This document shows positions 29,416 through 39,000 of a DNA stretch of 64,000 bases, one piece after another. The notes beneath the pieces are model-generated. The model was not told where the DNA came from, ran no database searches, and worked only from the letters and a program-made list of their open reading frames with translations. The DNA lies in the IMG/VR virus record IMGVR_UViG_3300042691_055965, positions 1 through 64,000 of that record; one strand, given 5' to 3'. Within the stretch, counting starts at the first letter, position 1. Every line of letters begins with the position of its first letter. Made by a program: the position numbers and the translations under genes.

Positions 29416-31221
29416 ATGGGTACATTTAGTTTTTCAGGTGGTGTTGAAGTTACTGGATTTATATCTCCAACAGATCCGTTGGATACATATCCCGTAATCG
29501 ATCCGTTATATGGTGTAGATGGTTTAAGAAACGTTAACCTGTTAAGTGATTTAAATAATATTCCTGAACTTCGAAGAAGAGCAGGGATGGTTGTTGGTGT
29601 AAGTGGAGGGACTACGTACTATAAATTAAATAATAGTCCATGGAATTATACAATATCTGATTGGAGTATTTTTAGTAGTGGGGGTGGTGGTTTATCAGGT
29701 GATTATTTACCTTTAAGTGGTGGAACAGTAACAGGAGCAACTGTATTTAATTCAGGTTTGACTGCAAACACAATATTTGCAACAACATATTTGAATTTAC
29801 CAATAGATTTAACAATCACAGGTATTTCATATTCAAACAATACTTTAACCATTTCAAATAATAGCGGAAACACGTTATCAACACAAATTAATTCATTTAC
29901 TGGTTTAACAATCAACGGTATTCTTTCAGCGACGACAATTAGTGGTGGTACTTTATTTGGTGATGGTAGTAATTTGACGGGTATCATTACTTCGGGTGAA
30001 TTTTTACCTTTAAGTGGTGGTACAGTGACTGGTGATACTACATTTACTTTAGGTTTGAGTGCTGATACGTTCAGTGGAACAAGTATTATTGTTGATAGTT
30101 TAAATTCGACAAATAACACATTATTGAACAGTTCTACAAATGTTACTTTAGATTGGGAAAATGGGTTACTTACAAATAGTACCGGTATTGATTCTTTGGA
30201 TTGGGAAAATTTGTTATTATATGATATAAATTCTTTAGTTTCTATTGATTGGAATAGTCGAATACTTTTTGATTCTAACGGGAATGTTATTTTAGATTGG
30301 GAAAATCATGTTCTTTCAGGTATGACTAACATTTATGGTGATACTTTAAGTGCCACAACATATTTGAATTTACCTTTAGATGTTAAAATAACAGGTTTTA
30401 CGTACAATAATGCAAATACATTTACAATATCCGATAACTCAGGTTCAACGTATTCTGCAACATTCAATACTGTTACGGGATTAACTGCAACAACTATATC
30501 TGCAACCACATATCAAAACTTACCTGTAACTGCAGATACATTTACAACTGGATTTTCTTATAGCAATAACACATTTACAATAAATAGAAATCAATCACAA
30601 CCAAATCTTACGGCAACAATAAATACGATGACGGGGTTAACCGTCAATGGTAATTTTGTTGTAACAGGTACAAGTAGGGTAAATAGTATTACGGGTACAA
30701 GTGCGTTATTTTCGGGAACGGCACAAAATGTTTTAACCGTTATTGGTTCAGGTTCTACTCAACCTATTGTATCAGTACAAGGTTCATTTGGTGAATTATT
30801 TACAATTTATGACACTTTAACGGGTTCACTTTTTTCTGTTAACGATATATCAGGATTACCAATACTCGAAGTATTTTCTGATAATACAATTTTGATGGGT
30901 AGTTATGTTACCCCATCACTTAATACTACAACAAGTGTATTAGCAACAACAGGAACAACTAACGTCTATTCTATCCCTACAAGTGCGTATACAGGTGCAT
31001 TTTTCGATTATACCGTAAGTGACGGAAGTAATTTAAGAGCGGGTAACATAATTTCTACATGGAGTGGAAGTTCTGTAAATTATGCGGAAACATCAACAAC
31101 CGATTTTGGTAATACTTCGGGACTTACTTTTAATATGGTGGTAAGTGGTGGAAACGCAATATTACGTACATCGGGAGTTACAGGAAATTGGACAGTTAAA
31201 ACAATAGTAAGAAGTATTTGA
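29416..31221 (+). CDS. Tail-fibre/adhesin-like structural protein
   Basis: 601 aa, T/G/S-rich; GDYLPLSGGTVTG, SATTYxNLP and LDWEN repeats. Confidence 0.75.
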   Translation: MGTFSFSGGVEVTGFISPTDPLDTYPVIDPLYGVDGLRNVNLLSDLNNIPELRRRAGMVVGVSGGTTYYKLNNSPWNYTISDWSIFSSGGGGLSGDYLPLSGGTVTGATVFNSGLTANTIFATTYLNLPIDLTITGISYSNNTLTISNNSGNTLSTQINSFTGLTINGILSATTISGGTLFGDGSNLTGIITSGEFLPLSGGTVTGDTTFTLGLSADTFSGTSIIVDSLNSTNNTLLNSSTNVTLDWENGLLTNSTGIDSLDWENLLLYDINSLVSIDWNSRILFDSNGNVILDWENHVLSGMTNIYGDTLSATTYLNLPLDVKITGFTYNNANTFTISDNSGSTYSATFNTVTGLTATTISATTYQNLPVTADTFTTGFSYSNNTFTINRNQSQPNLTATINTMTGLTVNGNFVVTGTSRVNSITGTSALFSGTAQNVLTVIGSGSTQPIVSVQGSFGELFTIYDTLTGSLFSVNDISGLPILEVFSDNTILMGSYVTPSLNTTTSVLATTGTTNVYSIPTSAYTGAFFDYTVSDGSNLRAGNIISTWSGSSVNYAETSTTDFGNTSGLTFNMVVSGGNAILRTSGVTGNWTVKTIVRSI

Positions 31222-31222
31222 T

Positions 31223-31933
31223 ATGAGTTTTCATTATTCACCAAAAATTATAACCGATGGGTTAGTTCTTTATATGGATGCTGCAAATCCTAAATCATAT
31301 TCAAGTGGTAGTACAACTTGGAATGATTTGAGTCGTAGTTCAAATAATGGGACACTAACCAACGGTGTTAGTTTTGATACTTTAAATTACGGATCATTAA
31401 GTTTTGATGGGGTTGATGATAGGGTATCGAAAGTTGGTGCAATAAATACGGGACAAAATTTTACAGTCAACGCATGGATATACCCCACATTATTGGGTAC
31501 TACTAGAAGAGCAATTGTAGGGAACGGTTATCCTTATAGTACTAGACAAGGTTGGTTATTTTGTACTGCTGGTGCTAGTGTTAATAATACTTTTTTTATG
31601 TCTATCGGGGGTGATTTAGCGTATAGAGTCGCTGCCGCAAATACATTATCACCTAATATTTGGCAATATGTTACTGCTGTTGTTACTGATGGGGGGTTGA
31701 CTATTAGTTTATATAAAAATGGACAGACAACCAATACTTCATTTGTTTTATTATCTACCGGTACTATAACTTACAATAACACACAATTCAATATTGGTTT
31801 CAGAAATACTATATTAGACCCTGATCCTTACACGGGTAAAATTTCAATTGTAACAATATATAATAGAGCTTTAACTCAACAAGAAATTATACAAAACTAC
31901 AATGCAAATAAAACAAGATTTGGATTAACATAA
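31223..31933 (+). CDS. LamG/concanavalin A-like domain protein 1
   Basis: DGLVLYMDAANPKSY..FDGVDD..W.YVT..IYNRALT.QEI.QNYN. Confidence 0.85.
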   Translation: MSFHYSPKIITDGLVLYMDAANPKSYSSGSTTWNDLSRSSNNGTLTNGVSFDTLNYGSLSFDGVDDRVSKVGAINTGQNFTVNAWIYPTLLGTTRRAIVGNGYPYSTRQGWLFCTAGASVNNTFFMSIGGDLAYRVAAANTLSPNIWQYVTAVVTDGGLTISLYKNGQTTNTSFVLLSTGTITYNNTQFNIGFRNTILDPDPYTGKISIVTIYNRALTQQEIIQNYNANKTRFGLT

Positions 31934-31934
31934 T

Positions 31935-32633
31935 ATGTCGGGTAACGTAGCACCAAATACAGTCAAAGATGGGTTAGTTCTATATTTAGATGCTGCAAAT
32001 ATTAAATCCTACACATCAGGGTCAACTATTTGGTATGATTTAAGTAAAAGAAATAACAATTCAACCTTGGTTAATAACCCAACATTTGATTCAAGTAATA
32101 AGGGTAGTATTGTTTTCGACGGTATTGATGATGTAGGGACATTTCCTGTTTTACCCGATTTTTATTTTTTGGGAAGATCACCTTACACCTTGAGTATTTT
32201 TGCAAATATTGTATCGGCGAGTAGTACATTCCATGGATTACTTAATCGTGAATATGGTGCACCAAGAAATGGGTATAATATGTGGTTTTATAGGGACAGT
32301 CCAAATTTATTAGCCGTTGCCACAGAAAGATTTGGTGGAACAGGACAAAAAGTCGCCTTTGTTTTACTTGATAATGATAGTTGTATTAATAAATGGAATC
32401 ACTATTGTGCAACTTATGATGGAAATAATTTAAATTTTTATTTTAACGGACAGTTATCCAATGGAGTATTTGCTGACGGAAATATTACAAACACAAGTGG
32501 TACGTTACAAATAGCAAGAAGACAAACAACAAATGGTAATGTAAAAGTTTCAAATACACAAATTTATAACAGGGCATTATCTGCTTCAGAAGTTTTACAA
32601 AACTATAATGCATTAAAAGGTAGATATATATAA
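31935..32633 (+). CDS. LamG/concanavalin A-like domain protein 2
   Basis: DGLVLYLDAAN..FDGIDD..WNHYCATYDG..IYNRALSASEV. Confidence 0.85.
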   Translation: MSGNVAPNTVKDGLVLYLDAANIKSYTSGSTIWYDLSKRNNNSTLVNNPTFDSSNKGSIVFDGIDDVGTFPVLPDFYFLGRSPYTLSIFANIVSASSTFHGLLNREYGAPRNGYNMWFYRDSPNLLAVATERFGGTGQKVAFVLLDNDSCINKWNHYCATYDGNNLNFYFNGQLSNGVFADGNITNTSGTLQIARRQTTNGNVKVSNTQIYNRALSASEVLQNYNALKGRYI

Positions 32634-32635
32634 AA

Positions 32636-33361
32636 ATGCAAACTTTAAAACAAGGTCCAGGTATTATTACTGATTCATTAATTTATTATTTGGATGCGTC
32701 TAATCCAAATTCATACGTTAGTGGTTCAACATCTTGGAATAACATAAGCAACCAAACCAAAGGTAGTGGTACGTTGTTAAGTGGTGTCACTTTTTCGCAA
32801 TCAAACAAAGGTTGTCTTGCTTTGGACGGTGTTGATGATTATATTATATTACCTCAAATAACAACAAATCAAACTTTTGGTAATTATTCATTAAGTATTT
32901 GGTTTAGTCCGGCAACGACAATTACTTCGGTAATTAGTCCTAATTATATGTTGATGGAAGCCCAAAATTATGTTTTGAACGGTGTTGACAATTACATCTA
33001 TATTTTAAGTAGTACTTCAGGTAGAATCGGGTTTCAAACTTTTAATCCATTGGCGGTAACATATTCCACCACCAATTATTGGGAAGCTAACAAATGGTAT
33101 AATGTAACAGGAACATACGATATCACAACAAGTCGACTTTCATTATACGTTAATGGGATAAGAGAATCATTCACAACTATTGCGAATTGTTACTTTAATA
33201 CTAACACATTTTATGGTTTAGGTGCGTATACTGCAAACCCACCCAGAACGTGGTTTTTTTCAGGAAGATTTGCTTCACATGCCGTTTATACAAAAACACT
33301 TTCAGATGATGAGGTTTTACAAAACTATATCACATTCAAACAAAAATTTGAATTGTCATAG
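32636..33361 (+). CDS. LamG/concanavalin A-like domain protein 3
   Basis: YYLDASNP..LDGVDD..WYNVTGTYD..VYTKTLSDDEV. Confidence 0.85.
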   Translation: MQTLKQGPGIITDSLIYYLDASNPNSYVSGSTSWNNISNQTKGSGTLLSGVTFSQSNKGCLALDGVDDYIILPQITTNQTFGNYSLSIWFSPATTITSVISPNYMLMEAQNYVLNGVDNYIYILSSTSGRIGFQTFNPLAVTYSTTNYWEANKWYNVTGTYDITTSRLSLYVNGIRESFTTIANCYFNTNTFYGLGAYTANPPRTWFFSGRFASHAVYTKTLSDDEVLQNYITFKQKFELS

Positions 33362-33406
33362 ATATTTATAACAGAACATAATCTTGGATAGGGAAAAGAT
33401 TAAATT

Positions 33407-34810
33407 ATGCCGAACGAATTTGTAATAAAAAACGGGTTTATATCCCAAAATAATTCTAATGTTAGTGGATTGTTGACAACAACAACATTTAGACTAACTT
33501 CAGGCGCAACAAATGGTTATGTTCTAACTTCCGACGGTAGTGGTAATGCCACTTGGAGTCCTTTAAGTGCGACAACAGGTTACTTTGATGTATTTGTCAC
33601 AGGTGGTACGTATTCTAGTGGTACTGCGACATTTACAAATAATACTGGAGGAACATTCACGGTTACTGGGTTTTCAGTGGGTGGTGGGGGTGGTGATACT
33701 ATCACTGGTGGAACTATTGATTACTCTACCGGTACTTTATCGCTGAATTCCACAGGTAGTACTGTTTTAATCACAGGATTCACCGATACTTTTGTTACAG
33801 GGGGGACTTATTCTAATGGTACTGCAACATTTACAAATAACACGGGAGGAACATTTAATGTTAATGGTTTTTATACGGGACAAACAAGTTATGTAAATTC
33901 TGTCACTACAGGAAGTGGGTTATCAGGAGACTCAACAACAGGTAATATTACATTAGTAAACACGGCACCTGATCAAGTAGTTACATTAAACGAAGGTAAC
34001 AATATTGGTGTCCAAGGCACCTATCCTAATTTTACAATTGATGTAACAGGTTTAACAGATAACAATAGATTTGTTACAGGATTTACTTATGATGATGCGA
34101 ACACGTTTACAATATCTGACAATTCGGGGTCAACATATTCTGCAACATTTAATTATGTTACAGGTTTAACTGCAAATACGATTTCAGCAACAACGTACCA
34201 AAATCTACCAACTGACGTATTTGTTAGTGGTGGTACTTATTCTGCAGGTACTGCAACATTTACAAATACAACAGGAAGTACCTTCATGGTGACAGGATTT
34301 TCTGATTTTCAATACTTTATTTCAGGTTCATCACCAAGTGGTATTACATTAAATATCGGTGACAGGTGGTATAACTTAAATAATGGTGCTGAATACGTTT
34401 GGAATGACGACGGTAATACCACACAATGGGTACAACCTGCAGGAATACCTGGACCTCAAGGTATTCAAGGTATTCAAGGACCACAAGGTATACAAGGACC
34501 ACAAGGTGACCCAGGGTTTAGTGGTTTATTTGTTACTACGGGTATTACAGCATCCACACAAACATTAACAACAGGTTTTACATATTATGGAATCATTCAT
34601 ACAGGTAACGTAGATTTGACACTTCCATCACCAGTAGGAAACGATGGATTTAATTTGAACATCAAAGATGAAAGTGGTAATTCGGGTATTTATAGAATAA
34701 GAATAACAACACCTTCAGGAAGTATTGATGGAAATAGTTATGTTGATATGAATATAAATTATATGTCACTTCATTTTGTGGCAAGAAACAACAATTGGTG
34801 GTTGATATGA
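33407..34810 (+). CDS. Fibre protein with short collagen-like segment
   Basis: GGTYS.GTATFTNNTGGTF repeats; G-X-Y repeat at 34442-34516. Confidence 0.75.
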   Translation: MPNEFVIKNGFISQNNSNVSGLLTTTTFRLTSGATNGYVLTSDGSGNATWSPLSATTGYFDVFVTGGTYSSGTATFTNNTGGTFTVTGFSVGGGGGDTITGGTIDYSTGTLSLNSTGSTVLITGFTDTFVTGGTYSNGTATFTNNTGGTFNVNGFYTGQTSYVNSVTTGSGLSGDSTTGNITLVNTAPDQVVTLNEGNNIGVQGTYPNFTIDVTGLTDNNRFVTGFTYDDANTFTISDNSGSTYSATFNYVTGLTANTISATTYQNLPTDVFVSGGTYSAGTATFTNTTGSTFMVTGFSDFQYFISGSSPSGITLNIGDRWYNLNNGAEYVWNDDGNTTQWVQPAGIPGPQGIQGIQGPQGIQGPQGDPGFSGLFVTTGITASTQTLTTGFTYYGIIHTGNVDLTLPSPVGNDGFNLNIKDESGNSGIYRIRITTPSGSIDGNSYVDMNINYMSLHFVARNNNWWLI

Positions 34811-36027
34811 GTTTTATTTTTAATAATAAAGTTGCCTATAGTGATGGTCCGGCGATTGACGCATTTGGTAGATTAAGAACTGCAGCAGTTCAAAATTTGT
34901 TGGACATCAAACACGTCTATGATAAAAATCCACTACAGATTAATGAAGTTACTGCGGGAACTGCCACATCAATTTTCAATCCACAATTTGCAAGAGTAAG
35001 AATGTCAACTTTTGCAAATAATGATTTTGTCATAAGACAAACAAAAACACACCCAATTTACCAACCAGGTAAAAGTCAATTATATGAGGCAAGTATGTCA
35101 AATTTCCAATTGGAAACAAATGTAATCAAAAGAATAGGTGGATTTGATTCGGTACAAATATCACCATACAACTCAGGATTTGATGGATTCTTCTTGGAAA
35201 GTAATGGAGTGACAAATGAAATAAGTTTTCAGATACATAGGTCGGGAACAACAGTGTTTTCAGCATCTACAACAACTTGGGATAATAGTGGATTTAATGT
35301 AGGAGATATTGATTGGAGTAATACAAACCTAATTACAGTTGATTATCAATGGTTAGGTGTTGGTAGAATGAGATTTGGATTAAACTTATCAGGACAAACA
35401 ATTTATTTTACTGAACATAATTGCGCAAATAACGAACCTGATGTTTATATGTCTTCACCAAACCAACCAATGAGGTATGAAATAAGACAACTTGGTGCTG
35501 GTTCAGGGTATTTAGATATGTTGTGTAGTCAAACATCTACGGAAGGTGCGTTGAATGGGTTATACTCTACAGTAGGGATACAACACCCAACAACGACAAC
35601 ATTACAAAATGATGGCACAAAATATCCATACATTGGTTATAGATTAAAACAATCATATCACGCAGTAACATCACAATATAGTAGTTTGAGTGTGTTAAAC
35701 ACATCAAATGATAACTATTTAATTACCATTGAATTCAATCCTACAATATCAACAACACCTACTTGGGAATCTATTCCGAACTCACCGTTTGAATATGCGT
35801 TATTTACAGGAACAACAACTGCAACAATAACATCACCAGGACACGTAATGACATCACTTATAGGTGCATCTGGTAGTGCTGCTTTGACAACAACAAAAGT
35901 TGATGACAATCAGATTAGGGTTGGTGTAAATGTAGATGGAAGTTTAGATGAAATGTGGGTATGTATAACTCCATTAGGTGCAAATGCTGCTTTTTTGGGG
36001 ACTGCTGAAATATTATATTATTTATAA
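34807..36027 (+). CDS. Putative structural protein (DAFGRLR family)
   Basis: Likely ATG 34807 (ATGA overlap); beta-rich, lies within the fibre cluster. Confidence 0.65.
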   Translation: MSFIFNNKVAYSDGPAIDAFGRLRTAAVQNLLDIKHVYDKNPLQINEVTAGTATSIFNPQFARVRMSTFANNDFVIRQTKTHPIYQPGKSQLYEASMSNFQLETNVIKRIGGFDSVQISPYNSGFDGFFLESNGVTNEISFQIHRSGTTVFSASTTTWDNSGFNVGDIDWSNTNLITVDYQWLGVGRMRFGLNLSGQTIYFTEHNCANNEPDVYMSSPNQPMRYEIRQLGAGSGYLDMLCSQTSTEGALNGLYSTVGIQHPTTTTLQNDGTKYPYIGYRLKQSYHAVTSQYSSLSVLNTSNDNYLITIEFNPTISTTPTWESIPNSPFEYALFTGTTTATITSPGHVMTSLIGASGSAALTTTKVDDNQIRVGVNVDGSLDEMWVCITPLGANAAFLGTAEILYYL

Positions 36028-36030
36028 GAT

Positions 36031-39000
36031 ATGCCAATAAATTTTCCAATACCATCATTTGTAGGTGAACTTTACACCTTTGGACAAACCACTTGGGAGT
36101 GGTCGGGTGAATACTGGGGTGTTTACTCAGCACAAACAGGTTATGTTTATTCAGTAACAACAAGTACCGGATTATCAGGTGATACTACACAAGGTAATAT
36201 TACATTATTGAATACCGCTCCCGACCAAATAGTTACCATATCAGGTGGAACGGGAATATTGACAGGTGGAACTTACCCAAATTTTACGATAACAAATACC
36301 GCGCCCGACCAACTTGTTACACTTTCAAATGGACAATATATTACAATATCAGGAACTTATCCTAATTTTACAATAGCAACTACAGGTATAACAGATAACG
36401 ATAAATTTACAACAGGTTTTACCTACAACAACAATACTTTTACTCTTATTGATAATTCAGGTAATACCTTATCTGCAACAATCAATGATGTCACAGGTTT
36501 AACAATTAATGGTGATTTAACTGTGACGGGTAGTTCTTTTCTTAATACAATCACCGCAAATACAATAACAAACGTTGATTATATTGATTTTGATATAACA
36601 CAAACAGGAACAACCTCATCACCTGGTAGATTATTTTGGGATGTTAATAATAGAACTTTGAGTGTTGGTATGTTGAGTGGTGTAACTCAACAAATAGGTG
36701 AAGAACAATATTACTTAGTTGAAAATCAAACAACAGGAACATTATTAGATGGATATGTTGTAAGAGCAGTGGGAACAACAGGTTCAAGTGGTAAGATTCT
36801 AATTGATTATACAATTGCAAATGGAACTATACCCGCATTTACTACTTTAGGAGTTCTAACTCAAACATTATTAAGTGGGGAAACAGGTTATGTAACATCA
36901 TTTGGTTTAGTTAGAAATATAGATACGACAGGTGCTCCATATGGTGAAACTTGGAGTCAGGGTGACATTCTTTATGTTTCACCAACAATACTTGGTGGAT
37001 TTACAAATGTGAAACCAATTGTTCCAAACCAAGATATTATTATCGCTATTGTAATGGAATTGGGTGTTAACGGTTCAATATTTGTTCGTCCCGATGTTTA
37101 TCGTCCATTCAAAGACCCACAACTTCTTACGGTTGCAAAACAAAATGCGGACTTTACATCAATCAAAGATGCGGTTGATAGTATTGTAGGTTCATCAATA
37201 TCAAATAGATATGTAATAACGGTTGGGCCTGGTATCTTTGTAGAAGATGAAATTGATTTAACTACTACTCCTTATGTAAGTATTGTAGGAAGTAACATAC
37301 AAACAACACTCGTTGTTCCTAGTGGTTCAACACAACACGTATTCAAAATAGGAATAAATAACGAAATTTCATTTTTAAGTATAAGTGGGGCATCAACAGG
37401 ATATGCGGGAATATATTGTTATGATGTTGGTGATTTTGCACAGGCTCACAAAATATCAATGTATGATTGTGATACAAACGTTTGGGTAGAATCGGACACA
37501 CAAGATACGAAGTTTTATGGTGAGTATATGGACTTCAATGGAACATATACATACGGAACAAGAGTAGTAGGAAACAATGGGTTTTTAGCATTAGCCAATA
37601 TGGAAAACTACTTCAACTTTCCAACGGGGAGTAATATAACATATTGTAATCATGCGACAGGTAGTGGTGCGACAATAAACGCATTTGTTTGTGATAACGT
37701 TAGTAATGGTGTATCAGGAACTACTGCGTTTTTAATACAAGATGGTTCACAACTTAATACATCCACAGTCACTTGCGATGGTAATACCTATGGTGTAAGA
37801 AACCCTAATATTGGTTCACCTGTCAGATTTGATATTGATAACGCAAGTTTTGTTGATGGTGAATGGGATTTATATGTTGAAAGTATTGGGACATTTGGAA
37901 CATTGGGAGGTAGTTCAAACCATCAAAAGATATTCACAGCATCTGAAAACGTATATTGGGCATTTTTGGATATTGACGATGGTGAATTTGATATTACAAG
38001 AAAAGCATCCGTTACATTCACGGATGGTTCACATACAGATTTTACTACTTTAATTTTTGAAGGTGGTACTATGGGTCTTATATCTGGTGGTAGTATCACA
38101 ACTATAAGTGGGTTTACGGTTCAAGCAGATGCTGGTTTTGGTTATTTAGAAAAATCTGATGATAGTGGTATTGTTAGAAGAATTGATTGGGTAAACAATC
38201 AAATAACATTATCTGCAAATACTGACAATTATATATACATTAATGAAAATAGTAACCTTGTAAGTTCGGGAACCAAACCCATTACTTCATATAACATTCT
38301 TTTAGGTAGAGTTATTACAGATTCAACAGGTGTCGAGTTTATTGACTTGTCACCTATGAAAGCTCAACACACATCAAATAGTTTCGATAGTTTATTTACG
38401 GAAGCGTTAGGTCCAATTTATTCAGAGGGGTCTATTGTTACAGAAGGGGTGACTCCATTTACGATAGATGTTACGCAAGGAGATTATCATTTCTCAACAA
38501 ATGAATTTTTACCATCAGGAGGAACTAACATTAATTTTATACAATATTATAGAAATGGCACTGGTTCAACTTGGGTGACTTCAGCAACCACGTTAGTTAA
38601 TAACACCCAATATGATAATAATGGAACGTTAACAGGTTTAACTGCTGGTTATTTTACAAAACATACTCTTTATACTGTAGGACAAGGTTCGTATGAAAAT
38701 TACTTTTTAGTAATTGGACAAAACGAGTATACAACATTGGTTGAGGCGGAAGACGCATTATTACCAACACCGCCAACTTATTTTAGTGATGGTGTGGTAC
38801 AAATAGCAAACATTTATATCGAACAAGGTTCTTCAGGTATAACACAAGTAGAAGATGTTCGTCCAACAATTGGTTTTAGAGCGGGTGGTGTAAACGCATC
38901 GTCAGTTCACGGAAATCTTCTTGGTTTGGCGGCAGATGACCACATACAATATCTTTTGGTTAGTGGTGCTCGTGCTATGAGTGGTAACCTTGATATGGGT

